Below, piece after piece: positions 1-9,617 of a DNA stretch of 64,000 nucleotides; position 1 is the first letter of the stretch; every line of letters begins with the position of its first letter. Origin of the DNA: Alphaproteobacteria bacterium (lineage in GTDB: Bacteria > Pseudomonadota > Alphaproteobacteria > MPNO01 > UBA830); NCBI GenBank assembly GCA_965243135.1, contig OZ251539.1, positions 704,001-768,000 of the forward strand, in the 5' to 3' direction. The position numbers were made by a program, and so were the translations under genes. Below the pieces are notes generated by a model. It was not told the origin of the DNA. It made no database searches and saw nothing but the letters and a program-made list of their open reading frames with translations.

Positions 1-731
1 GTCGATACCCGCTGATCGAAAAGCATGGCTGGATATGGGTCTGGATGGGCGATCCGGAGGAGGCGGACGAGGCTCTGGTCGCGGACACCTTCTGGCACGA
101 CTCTCCCGACTGGCGGTCCGTCGGCGACCGGTTTCTCGTAAATTGCCACTACCAGTCGTTGATCGACATCCAGCTCGACAATACCCATTCCCGGTTCGTT
201 CATCCCGATACCTTGGGGAACGACGGTTCCCTGCGTCACTCCCCGAAAGTAACGCGCGACGGCGACGTCGTCCGCAATCATCGCCGCATGCGCGACAGCG
301 ATCCGCCGCCGTTGTTTACGCAAGCGACCGGCCTTGCCGGCAAGGCCGACGTATGGGTGGAATGGGAATATTCGCCTCGCGCCGGGATCGTCACGTTCGA
401 TGCGGGAGTCGCGCCGCCGGGCAGCGGCGTCTTCGAAGGCGACCGCAGCAAGGCGTTCAGCATGTTCAATACCCACGGCATTACGCCCGAAACGGAACGC
501 ACCTGCCATCATTTCTGGGTTTCGGCGCGGGATTTCGCGCTGGAGGACGAGGAGACGGACCGGACGATGACCGGCATTCGCGACACGTTTCTGGAAGACG
601 TGGCGATGGTGGAGGCGCAGCAACGCATTCTGGATCTGGATCCCGATGCGCCCCGAATCGACGTGAACGCCGATATTCCGACGATCAGGGCGCGGGAGCT
701 CGTGGCGAGGCTGATCGCGGAAGAACGGTGA
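1..731 (+). CDS. Rieske non-heme iron oxygenase, VanA-like (5' end outside the window)
   Basis: Frame open from the window start (RYPLIEKHGWIWVWMGDP). Contains the mononuclear Fe motif D-x-QLDNTHSRFVH, then TPETERTCHHFW and FLEDVAMVEAQQ, typical of the VanA C-terminal domain. Confidence 0.85.
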   Translation, partial: RYPLIEKHGWIWVWMGDPEEADEALVADTFWHDSPDWRSVGDRFLVNCHYQSLIDIQLDNTHSRFVHPDTLGNDGSLRHSPKVTRDGDVVRNHRRMRDSDPPPLFTQATGLAGKADVWVEWEYSPRAGIVTFDAGVAPPGSGVFEGDRSKAFSMFNTHGITPETERTCHHFWVSARDFALEDEETDRTMTGIRDTFLEDVAMVEAQQRILDLDPDAPRIDVNADIPTIRARELVARLIAEER

Positions 732-811
732 AAGTCGCCGCCGTTCGACTTGCCGACGAAAAATGCGCACCGACCGGGACGGGGCACCGACCGGGACGGG
801 CCAGCCTGCCG

Positions 812-990
812 ACGGCTTCCGGAGTTGCGCCGACCGCTCGCCGCCCGTCAAAAGAGTCGAACGCGACTCCCAAATTGTCGGCAAAGGCAGTCCGCCGCCC
901 CGCCGGGCGTCGAAGCGGCCGCATGCGGGACGCGAGCTCAGCTCGCGACGCGAAAAGCCGCGGCCGTCCCTCGCCAGTTCGGGGAGGGGC
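812..990. repeat. Degenerate direct repeat of about 180 bp, copy 1 (copy 2 at about 2665-2850)
   Basis: Shared blocks agttgcgccga(c/t)cgctcgc, aaagagtcga and ctcgcgacg(c/t)gaaaagccgc(g/a)gccgtccctc. Both copies lie just downstream of a minus-strand stop codon. Confidence 0.7.
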
Positions 991-996
991 GGCGTC

Positions 997-2013
997 CTAC
1001 TTCTTTCCGGGCGGCTTTATCTTCACCATTTCGCGGAACGCCGCCAGCAGCGGCTCGGGGGTCGCCATCGCGCGCCCTATCACGGCTTCGATCTTCTCCG
1101 CCGCCACGGGGTTGACGACCATCCGCCGCTTGGCCGCTTCGGCGCGGAACGCGGGGTCGTCGAGCATGTCCGTAAAGGCCTTCCTGAGCGCCGCGACCCG
1201 GTCGGCAGGCACGCCGGGCGGCGCGAAGAAGCCGTGGCCGACATAGGCAGGCGCCTCCATGAAGTCGACCATTCGCCGTTGCTCGTCCGTCTTCACGAGG
1301 TCGCGCATGTTCGGGACGCCCTCCAGTTCCTTCTCGCCCGGACCGACCTGGACCAGTTGTATGATCTTGCGATCCCGCAGCCAGTCCGGCTTGGTCGTGA
1401 GGTAGCTGTTGTAGAAGCTGCCCCGGCCGTGGACTTCCCCCGCTTCCATCGCCTTGTTCATCGGGCCGGCGCCGCGATAGCCGTGCACCATCTTGAACTT
1501 GGTCCCGATCACCGCGTTCATGAACGCCGGGATCAGATAGGCCGACGAGAGCTTGTTCGAAGTCGCCATGATGAGTTCGGTCTTCTTCGCGCCCTCCAGC
1601 GTCGTCGCCGGCGCGGTGTGCCAGACAGTGCTCACTTCGGTCATCGACGTGGTCGAACCCAGCCAATGGAATTTCGCGGGATCGAATCTGACCTTGCGCA
1701 GCAGCGGCGCGTTGACCGCGATGGGCAGCGCCGCGCCGAGCGCAGTGCCGTCCTGCGGCGCGGCGTTCGCCATGTAGGCCATCATGCGGGCTCCTCCGCC
1801 TCCCGGCATCGCCTCGACCACCATCGCCGGCCGGCCGGGCACGCGCTTCGACATATGCTTGACGACCACGCGCGCGACCGTCGAAAAGCCGCCGCCGGCG
1901 CTGCCGCCGGAAATGAACTTCACCGTCTTGCCGCGGTAGAAATCCGCGACAGGGTCGGCGGCGGCGCTACCCACCGCCGCTGTCAAGGCTGCGATCACGA
2001 TCAAGTGCTTCAT
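997..2013 (-). CDS. Bug/TctC-family tripartite tricarboxylate transporter substrate-binding protein
   Basis: Signal peptide, ADFYRGKTV, GGSAGGGF, MPGGGG, APQDGT, GYRG..AMEAGEVHG, PPGVPADRVAALRKAF. Confidence 0.9.
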   Translation of the reverse strand: MKHLIVIAALTAAVGSAAADPVADFYRGKTVKFISGGSAGGGFSTVARVVVKHMSKRVPGRPAMVVEAMPGGGGARMMAYMANAAPQDGTALGAALPIAVNAPLLRKVRFDPAKFHWLGSTTSMTEVSTVWHTAPATTLEGAKKTELIMATSNKLSSAYLIPAFMNAVIGTKFKMVHGYRGAGPMNKAMEAGEVHGRGSFYNSYLTTKPDWLRDRKIIQLVQVGPGEKELEGVPNMRDLVKTDEQRRMVDFMEAPAYVGHGFFAPPGVPADRVAALRKAFTDMLDDPAFRAEAAKRRMVVNPVAAEKIEAVIGRAMATPEPLLAAFREMVKIKPPGKK

Positions 2014-2569
2014 GGTTTCCGTTTCCTCCCTGCAGGTCCGGCGCCGTCATCGGGCCCGAGCGTCGGCGCGGGCGCTTTTTCGGTCCGGACGCCCTTTTCC
2101 CGCAGAACGGCGGGACAATAGCGGCAGACTACTCGCCGCTGAACCTCCGCGGCGAGAAATGCGCCTTGTTCAGCTCCTTCGCGTTGTCCGGCAAGGCGAT
2201 CGGCAACGCCTTTACGGTCCCTGTCTCGCGCGCAACATGACCAAGTGTCGAACGTCGCGAGCGCCGCCGCCCGCGAAAGAGCCTTGCGCGCATCTTATCA
2301 CAATGTTCACTGTGCACGCCCGGGAAGCCCGGGCCGTCCTTTTTTCGCAGGAACGGCCAAGGCGACAGCCGGAGAGGGACCCCGCACGGGCCGAGGCGAC
2401 GGCAAGGATCGCCGACGATTTACCGCGTCCGCTGACGCCCGGCCGCGGCGTCGCGGAGAACGACGATCCCGGCGGCGGACCTGACCTCTGCAAGCTCGCC
2501 CTCGAAAACCGGCGCGAGACAACGGACGAACGCGAACGGCACGATGCAGGCGACGAAGCCGAGGCGCGC

Positions 2570-2672
2570 CGAGAGCCGGGATCTCCGTTCGCCGATTTCC
2601 GCGCCGGCTTGCAAGAGCGTCCGCTGCGGACGCCGCCGCATCGAGACATTCTCCGAGAAAGCCGGCGGTTTC
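2570..2672 (+). pseudogene. Degenerate internal fragment of the Mo oxidoreductase gene
   Basis: gagagccgg..gttcgccgatttccgcgccg..tccgctgcggacgcc..gccgcatcgaga(c/t)attctccgagaaa aligns with 8872-8975. Confidence 0.75.
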
Positions 2673-2850
2673 CGAAGTTGCGCCGATCGCTCGCAGCGCG
2701 TCGAAAGAGTCGAGTGGACGTTCCTCGTTTGCGAACTCAAGGCGGTCGGTAGCCGCTTGGCGCGGACGCGCGGGTATGAGGCACGCAGGAAAACCCAACT
2801 CGCGACGTGAAAAGCCGCAGCCGTCCCTCCGGTCCGGAAAGGAGCGCCGC
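2665..2850. repeat. Degenerate direct repeat of about 180 bp, copy 2
   Basis: Aligns with 812-990. Confidence 0.7.
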
Positions 2851-2852
2851 GC

Positions 2853-3692
2853 TCAGGGGGCGCGCGTCATCGACTCCAGTTCGGCAAGGAGGTACGGGCG
2901 AAAACGTTCGTAGTTCTCGACCATGGGAAAATGTCCGATGCCCTCCATCACCGTGAAGCGCGCGCCGGCGATCGCGTCCGCAACCGCGCGGGTCATGTCC
3001 GGCGTCGCGGAATAGTCGTATTCGCCGGTCAAAAGCGAAACCTTGCAGCGGGAAGTGTCGATTCCCTTGACGTCTTCGCGACCGTCCCAATCCTCGCAAT
3101 AGAAATGGACGTCGCCCTTGTAGATGCCGGGACCGGACTGGCTGTAATACCACCAGTTTTCGCGGCGTCCCGCCTCGGGCGAGGACGGCGCGTTGAGTCC
3201 GTAAGTGTAGGACGCGGCGAGCTCGCCGCCGTGGATCGCCGGGTGATGCAGAAAGTCGTTGTCGCGGCCTTCGGCGAAGGCCGCGCTTTCCAGGCCGACA
3301 ATGCCGGCGATCTCGTCCTGGTAGTCGGCGGCGACCTTGAGAACGACGGCGCCGCCCATCGAGCAGCCCATCACCACCGGCTTTTCGAGGCCGAGCGCGC
3401 GCCAGAAATCGCGGACGATGCCGACATAGGTTTCGGTCGTCAGCCGGTATTTCTTCAGCCACCAGCGATCCGGAGGGTTCGACTTTCCGTGATACGGAAG
3501 GTCGAAAGCGACGACGCGGAACTTCGCGGCGATGTCGGGATCGTTCAGGACGTGGCGGAACTGGCGGCTGTCCGCGCCTGCGGTATGCAGGCAGACGAGC
3601 GGAACGCCCCGGCCGGACTCCTCATAGAAGATGCGGTACTCCTCGCCGCCGCTCGTCAGGTTCAGGTAGCGGCCGACGATCGGTTCATGCAT
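2853..3692 (-). CDS. Alpha/beta hydrolase
   Basis: CLHTAGAD, FDLPYHGKS, nucleophile elbow GCSMGG, GEYDY, GHFPMVEN. Confidence 0.9.
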   Translation of the reverse strand: MHEPIVGRYLNLTSGGEEYRIFYEESGRGVPLVCLHTAGADSRQFRHVLNDPDIAAKFRVVAFDLPYHGKSNPPDRWWLKKYRLTTETYVGIVRDFWRALGLEKPVVMGCSMGGAVVLKVAADYQDEIAGIVGLESAAFAEGRDNDFLHHPAIHGGELAASYTYGLNAPSSPEAGRRENWWYYSQSGPGIYKGDVHFYCEDWDGREDVKGIDTSRCKVSLLTGEYDYSATPDMTRAVADAIAGARFTVMEGIGHFPMVENYERFRPYLLAELESMTRAP

Positions 3693-4077
3693 CGATCGGC
3701 TCCATTCGCCTGAGGATGTTCATCATGCGGTGCAACGCTCTTGCGTTTTGCATGGCCGCGAGCGTGTCGCCGTCGAGTTCGAACTCGTCGACTCGCATCA
3801 GCATCGCGAAGAAGTCGTGGTAGAGCGGCGGCGGGTTCGGACTGACGAACTTGTTCCAGACCGACATGGGCGCGCGCATCGTGAACGCCGCGGGCCGGTC
3901 GAAGCGGGGCTTCGGTACGATATCGACGATCCGGCCCGAGCGGACCGAAAGCAGAAAATCGCTCCCCCCGAACGATATCTTGAAATCGACGGTGAGCCAG
4001 TCTCCCACCACCGCCATTTCCGGGTCGGCGTTGACCGCATCCCGGTATTTTTCCATCCATTCGAGGGAAGGCGCCAT
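3685..4077 (-). CDS. Small SCP2-like (sterol carrier fold) protein
   Basis: 130 aa, SLEWMEKYRDAVNADPE, ELDGDTLAAMQN. Overlaps the hydrolase start, so probably co-transcribed. Confidence 0.65.
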   Translation of the reverse strand: MAPSLEWMEKYRDAVNADPEMAVVGDWLTVDFKISFGGSDFLLSVRSGRIVDIVPKPRFDRPAAFTMRAPMSVWNKFVSPNPPPLYHDFFAMLMRVDEFELDGDTLAAMQNARALHRMMNILRRMEPIDA

Positions 4078-4103
4078 CGGGTAGCCTCGCGTTTTGCCGG
4101 AGG

Positions 4104-4131
4104 GGCATCCCGGCCGCGCGGCCGGGATGCC
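4104..4131. terminator. GC-rich stem-loop after dctP
   Basis: Perfect 28-bp palindrome ggcatcccggccgc|gcggccgggatgcc directly downstream of the stop codon. Confidence 0.55.
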
Positions 4132-4138
4132 GACTCCG

Positions 4139-5137
4139 TTACTTGCGGGTGGCCGCCACGGCCTCCTTGAGCAGGGCGAACATGTCCCGGGTCTTCGGGT
4201 TGTTGCCGAGGATCTCGTCGGCGATCGGCGCGACGCGCTTGCGGAACTCCTTCTGGTCGGCTTCGGACAAGCGATGGATCGTCGCGTCCTTGGCCCAGTT
4301 TTCCTCCGCCTTCACCGTCAATTCGTGTCCCCATTTGCCGACCATCGGCGTGACCTCGCGCCCGGCCTGGAGCACCATCTCGCGCAGATCGTTCGGCAGG
4401 GATTTCAGCCATGAGACGCTCAGCCATTGGCCGCAGGAGATATGGCCCATGCCGGTAAGGGTCAGATGTTTCGCCACGGTCCAGAATTTGGACGGGAACA
4501 TCACGATGACGGCGCTGCGCACTCCGTCGATCACCTTGCGCTGCATCGCCGGCAGCACTTCGGTATAGGGCATGGGAACGCCGGTCGCGCCGAGCTTCTC
4601 GATCACCGCGCGCTCGAGCGGCGTGGCGAGGACGCGAATCTTGCGGCCCTTCATGTCCTCGAGCGTCTTGAACGGCTTGAGCGTCGCGATGGAGGTGTCG
4701 CCGCACGACCATACGAAGTTGCCGACGAAGCCCTTCTTTTCCGCGAGCTTCATGAACTTGTCGCGGAAACTCGGGTGATTCACCGCGCGGTGCTGGTGAA
4801 GGATGTCGTCGAAAACTCCGGGCGCGTCAGTGACCATGAACGCCTGGTCGATGCCGATGAAGAAGCCGGGAGGGATATTGAAGGCTTCCTGCGTGCCGAG
4901 CTGGATGCCCTCGATCTGGCGCGGAATCTTGCCGAGCTGACCCGCTGGAAAGACTCCTACCTTGAGGCGCCCGCCGGATTTCTCCTCCAGGTGCTTCTTG
5001 AGCCAGTCGGCGGCGAAGTGATTGGAATCGTTGATCGTTACGAAACCGATCTTCATCGTGTAGGTCTTTTGCGCGCTGGCGGGCGCGACCGCGAACGCGG
5101 CCGCAAGGACGGCGCATGTAGTCAGGATGCGTTTCAC
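4139..5137 (-). CDS. dctP: TRAP transporter substrate-binding protein (DctP family)
   Basis: GTG start with AGGAGA RBS, signal peptide, FPAGQLG, DMKGRKIRV, LGATGVPMPYTEVLPAMQRKVIDG. Confidence 0.9.
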   Translation of the reverse strand: MKRILTTCAVLAAAFAVAPASAQKTYTMKIGFVTINDSNHFAADWLKKHLEEKSGGRLKVGVFPAGQLGKIPRQIEGIQLGTQEAFNIPPGFFIGIDQAFMVTDAPGVFDDILHQHRAVNHPSFRDKFMKLAEKKGFVGNFVWSCGDTSIATLKPFKTLEDMKGRKIRVLATPLERAVIEKLGATGVPMPYTEVLPAMQRKVIDGVRSAVIVMFPSKFWTVAKHLTLTGMGHISCGQWLSVSWLKSLPNDLREMVLQAGREVTPMVGKWGHELTVKAEENWAKDATIHRLSEADQKEFRKRVAPIADEILGNNPKTRDMFALLKEAVAATRK

Positions 5138-5675
5138 CGGTGCTTCTCCTTCGGTTTGTTCCGTTTCTCGCAAGCTGCCGCGACCGCTGCGGGCCAAGCA
5201 TGCCTCATCCGTCGCTCTCTCCAACCTTCCTGCTTGTCGGGCAACTCGATGGCCGAAATGGTATCACGCCGCGGCAAGGTCGGCAATCCTGTCGAGCGAC
5301 ATTTTGCTTGCCGCAGGAGGACGGCCGCGATTTCCTCGGCGACGAGGGCCGGCCGGCTTCGAGGTCCAGCGGGCGTTTGGGCTGAAAGCCGCCTGAAGAT
5401 CGGCGCGAAAACTACCGGAACGCTTCGGACAATCGAGCCTTGCAACCATACCTCCTCGGAACAAACATGCCGAGCATTTTGAACACGCAGGCAAATCCAG
5501 AATTTCTGCAGAGCAGCAACTGTGCTGATCTTTCCTGCGAAACTCACAGGGCAAGAACGTTCACTTTCCTCGGCTACGTCGACTAAGAGATGGACGCTCG
5601 CGAAAGACTTCCAGAGATCATTCAAGAAGGTTTCGGAACGGAACCACGACAGTCTTCAGCGATGGTTCGAGACAG

Positions 5676-6761
5676 TCACAAAAGAGCGCTTTTTCCTTGA
5701 TCTGTGGCATATTCTTGTTCTTTTTTCTCCTTCATTTCGAGCTGTCGGCGGTGATTTCGTGCCGGACTCCCGCGGCTGACAGGATCCTCCATTCCAAAAA
5801 CGCGGTGGACAAGACGGATTATGCTAAGGTCGTGAGTCAACGTCTTGGCTCTCATCGCAGGCCATTCGTGAGCGATCCAGTTCTTCACATGCTCAGGTTC
5901 CGCCGGTAGCCAGTTCGCGCCGCGTTCCGTCGACCATTTGGCGAAGGCAAGCCAGCGTTTCTTATATATTAGCTTGGTTTTTGGAGATTTAGGCTTGTAC
6001 AATTCGGTTGCGACCGCTTTCTCAAACGCTTGATCCGGATCGTTCGGGGCTCTTTTCGCAATTTGGAAAGAACCGGTCTTCCTGGTTTCGGTCGTTACGG
6101 TTGCAGGGGTATTTTTCAGAACAGATTCAAGGAAACTCCGAACGTCTTCCCCTGAGGGCGTGACGCTTGTTTCTTCCTCCACCGCTTCGACCAGGCATTC
6201 AGAAATCAAACCGTCAGGCTCTTTCAACAACCTAGTCCACGCTTTCGGAATAGCGTCTTTTGCTCGTTGCCGCCGTGCGTTTTTATGCAAATCTTTGTGT
6301 GCGTTTTCCAGATAAGCGCCGCTGGCGACTTCTTTTTTGTCGAGGTACCGGCGAAGGATTTTCTCCACATCTTGGACGGACCTTTCAACTACGTCCACAA
6401 GGTCAACACGGCGTTCCATATAGCTTCCCTGTTCGCCAGGCAGATAAACGCTCCATCGGCGCCCGTCGGAAAGCACCGCCATTGATACCCCTTCGGTGGA
6501 AGCGTATTGAAGGAGTTGTTCTATCCTGCTTTCAAACGTGCCTGGTTGCTTGACCTCCAAGAATACCTTCGGTGTTCTTCCGAGGCAGAGAGCATACCGT
6601 CCTTTCACGGTTCTCCATTCGGGCGCCACCTCGTCCGGATCCTCTGTATCCCAGCCGAGCGCGCCAACGACGGGGAGCACCGCTCCTTGGCTTATCGCCG
6701 CCTCGCGGACGAAAATATTCGCTTCCAGCCTCCTTTTGATATTTTCCAGTTTTTCCCGCAT
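5676..6761 (-). CDS. HsdR_N-type (PD-(D/E)xK) restriction endonuclease domain fused to a C-terminal integrase SAM-like domain
   Basis: N-terminal EAAISQGAVLPVVGALGWD..EVAPE..FLEVK..QLLQYA..VLSDGRRW. C-terminal SPKTKLIYKKRWLAFAKWS..LPAEPEHVKNWI..KTLTHDLSIIRLVHRVFGMEDP resembles the Cre/Int N-domain. GC content is lower than the flanks. Confidence 0.7.
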   Translation of the reverse strand: MREKLENIKRRLEANIFVREAAISQGAVLPVVGALGWDTEDPDEVAPEWRTVKGRYALCLGRTPKVFLEVKQPGTFESRIEQLLQYASTEGVSMAVLSDGRRWSVYLPGEQGSYMERRVDLVDVVERSVQDVEKILRRYLDKKEVASGAYLENAHKDLHKNARRQRAKDAIPKAWTRLLKEPDGLISECLVEAVEEETSVTPSGEDVRSFLESVLKNTPATVTTETRKTGSFQIAKRAPNDPDQAFEKAVATELYKPKSPKTKLIYKKRWLAFAKWSTERGANWLPAEPEHVKNWIAHEWPAMRAKTLTHDLSIIRLVHRVFGMEDPVSRGSPARNHRRQLEMKEKKEQEYATDQGKSALL

Positions 6762-7199
6762 CGCTCTTTACCCCACGACGTCACCCCACAATGGTACCGC
6801 AGAGTAAATTGCCCGGTCGATGAGTCAATGGGCGGTTGACGCCTGATCATAAAGTAGCCGTTCGGATGCGGGGTATCTGCAACCGCGATTCCGTATGGGC
6901 GGGCATTCGGCCGGAAATCGCAGGACGTTTGGTGGCCGGAACGGAGCGCGTCGCTCAGCGCCGCGGGACGAACCGCGAGGACGCCGACGAGTTGTTGAAG
7001 ACCGTCGGGGGGCGTGCAAGTCGGCCTGTCGCCGGTGCGCCCGTCGCGCAACGGGCCCCTCATACAACGGCAGAAGCGACCTCCGGTGATTTCCTCGCAG
7101 ATCGAGAACCTCGTTTGAGAAACGTTCGAGCGGACAGCGGCAATGTACGCGCCGCTGCGCTATCATATGCGCGATAAATCCAAAACCGGAGCAGAGCCC

Positions 7200-9512
7200 A
7201 TGCCCGACGGCGGCGGAAAATTCGTTTCGATGACCCAGTGGGGCGCGCTCGACGTGAGCGTGCGCGACGGCCGCGTGGTCGGCGTGTCTCCTTTCGAAGG
7301 CGACCCTGACCCGTCTCCCATCCTGAACGCGGTTCCCGAGTCGCTCTATCACGAGAGCAGAATCGCGCGACCGGCCGTGCGACGCGGATTCCTCGAGAAG
7401 ACCGCCGGCGGAACCGCGCGCGGCGCCGAACCCTTCGTCGATGTTTCATGGGACGAGGCGCTCGATCTCGTCGCGAACGAGCTCGCCCGCGTCAAGGCCG
7501 AACGGGGCAACGAGGCGATCTTCGCGAGCTCGGGCTGGGCGAGCGCAGGCGTCTTCCACGAGGCCCGGCCGCAACTCGGCCGTTTTCTCAAGGGGTTCGG
7601 CGGCTTCGTGGACCAGGTGACCAATTACAGTTTCGGCGCCGCGTCCGTGATCGTGCCGCACGTCGTCGGCACGATGCTGCCGGTGAACCACCCGACCGCG
7701 TGGCCGGTGATCGCGCGGCATACCGAACTGATGGTGATGTTCGGCGGCGCTGCGCCCAAGAACGGTCAGGTCAACAAGTCCGGCGTCGGAGCGCACGATA
7801 CCTCGTCGTGGCTGCGGACGGCGCGCCGGAACGGCGTCCGTTTCGTCAACGTCAGCCCGCGCCGCGACGACGCGGCGGATTTTCTCGACGCCGAATGGCT
7901 GCCCGTCCGGCCCAACGCCGACATGGCGCTGATGCTCGGCCTTGCGCACACGCTGCTTGTCGAGGGCCTTGCCGATCTCGATTTCCTCGCGCGCTACACG
8001 ACAGGCTTCGAGCGCTTTCGCGCCTATCTGGAGGCGGAAGACGCGCCTCGGGACGCTGATTGGGCGGCCTCCATTACCGACATCGATGCGGAGACGATCC
8101 GCAGTCTCGCTCGCCGCATGGCGGCGGCGCGCACGATGATCGCCGTGAGCTGGTCGGTGCAGCGCGGCGACCACGGGGAGCAGCCCTACTGGATGGCCAT
8201 TGCGCTGGCCGCGATGCTTGGCCAGATCGGCCTTCCCGGCGGCGGCTTCGGGTTCGGATACGGCTCGCAGGCCGGGATCGGCCTCGACCGGCCGCCGCTG
8301 CCGCTTCCGGGCGTTCCGACCGGCGCCAATCCGGTCAAGACCTACATACCGGTGGCGCGTTTCGCCGACATGCTGCTCGAACCCGGCGGGGAGATCGATT
8401 TCAACGGCGAGCGCATCGCCTATCCCGACATCCGCCTCGTCTACTGGTGCGGCGGCAACCCGTTCCACAAGCACCAGGACATCAATCGGCTGCTCGAAGC
8501 GTGGTCCAAACCCGAGACCGTCATCGTTCACGAGCCGTGGTGGACGCCTGCGGCGCGCCGGGCAGACATCGTCCTCCCGGTCACGACGACGCTGGAACGC
8601 AACGACATCGGCGCCTCCCACTACGACCGCTACTTCTTCGCGATGCACAAGGCTGTCGATCCCGTGGGCGAGGCGCGCAACGAATACGACATCTATGCCG
8701 CGCTCGCCGGACGCCTCGGCTTCCGCGAGGAATTCACCGAAGGCCGCGCGGAAATGGAGTGGCTGCGCCACATCTACGACGTGGCGCGCCAGAAGGCGTC
8801 GCGCAAGCGGATCGAGATGCCCGGCTTCGACGAGTTCTGGGAGACCGGCCACATCGCTTTCGAGCCGCACGGAGAGCCGGAACCCCTGTTCGCCGATTTC
8901 CGCGCCGACCCGCAAAAGCATCCGCTGCGGACGCCATCCGGCCGCATCGAGATATTCTCCGAGAAAATCGAAGGTTTCGGCTACGACGACTGTCCGGGTC
9001 ATCCGACCTGGATGCCGCCCTACGAATGGCTGGGATCGGAGGCCGCCGAAACCTGGCCGCTGCATCTCGTGTCGAATGCGCCGAGCCACCGTCTTCACGG
9101 CCAGCTCGATTTCGGCTCCCACAGCCGGAGCCAGAAAATCGCGGATCGCGAACCGGTCTGGATCAATCCCGTCGATGCCGATCCGCGAGGGATATCCGAA
9201 GGCGATGTCGTTCGCGTTTTCAACGACAGGGGCGAGTGTCTCGCGGGCGCACGCGTCACGGACGCCATACGGCCGGGAGTCGTGCAGCTGTCGACCGGCG
9301 CCTGGTTCGATCCGCTCGACCCCTCCTGTCCCGGCGCGCTCGAGAAGCACGGCAATCCGAACGTGCTGACGCGCGACCGCGGCACTTCGCGGCTGGCGCA
9401 GGCCTGCACCGCGCAATCGACGCTGATCGAAGTGGAGCGCTATTCAGGGGACGCGCCCGGAATTACCGCTTTCGACCGGCCGGAAACCGTCGTTCAAGCC
9501 TCGCATGGGTAA
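7200..9512 (+). CDS. Molybdopterin oxidoreductase, BisC/TorA/DorA family, cytoplasmic
   Basis: GWASAG, NYSFGAA (Ser ligand), QRGDHGEQ, LGQIGLPGGGFG, GGNPFHKHQD, TPSGRIEI, RLHGQ, GNPNVLT. No Tat signal peptide. Confidence 0.92.
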   Translation: MPDGGGKFVSMTQWGALDVSVRDGRVVGVSPFEGDPDPSPILNAVPESLYHESRIARPAVRRGFLEKTAGGTARGAEPFVDVSWDEALDLVANELARVKAERGNEAIFASSGWASAGVFHEARPQLGRFLKGFGGFVDQVTNYSFGAASVIVPHVVGTMLPVNHPTAWPVIARHTELMVMFGGAAPKNGQVNKSGVGAHDTSSWLRTARRNGVRFVNVSPRRDDAADFLDAEWLPVRPNADMALMLGLAHTLLVEGLADLDFLARYTTGFERFRAYLEAEDAPRDADWAASITDIDAETIRSLARRMAAARTMIAVSWSVQRGDHGEQPYWMAIALAAMLGQIGLPGGGFGFGYGSQAGIGLDRPPLPLPGVPTGANPVKTYIPVARFADMLLEPGGEIDFNGERIAYPDIRLVYWCGGNPFHKHQDINRLLEAWSKPETVIVHEPWWTPAARRADIVLPVTTTLERNDIGASHYDRYFFAMHKAVDPVGEARNEYDIYAALAGRLGFREEFTEGRAEMEWLRHIYDVARQKASRKRIEMPGFDEFWETGHIAFEPHGEPEPLFADFRADPQKHPLRTPSGRIEIFSEKIEGFGYDDCPGHPTWMPPYEWLGSEAAETWPLHLVSNAPSHRLHGQLDFGSHSRSQKIADREPVWINPVDADPRGISEGDVVRVFNDRGECLAGARVTDAIRPGVVQLSTGAWFDPLDPSCPGALEKHGNPNVLTRDRGTSRLAQACTAQSTLIEVERYSGDAPGITAFDRPETVVQASHG

Positions 9513-9617
9513 CGGCCGGTCCGACATCGGCTTTCAACGGACCGCCGGCCGCCTGCGCAACCGCCGAGGGAGCGCTTTCCGGTCGGGACAAGCCCGTCCG
9601 CATGCCGGGCGCAGTCG

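Noticed and set aside
767-800. 17-bp tandem repeat gcaccgaccgggacggg, two copies
   Set aside because: Only two adjacent copies with no spacers; a simple slippage duplication, not CRISPR.
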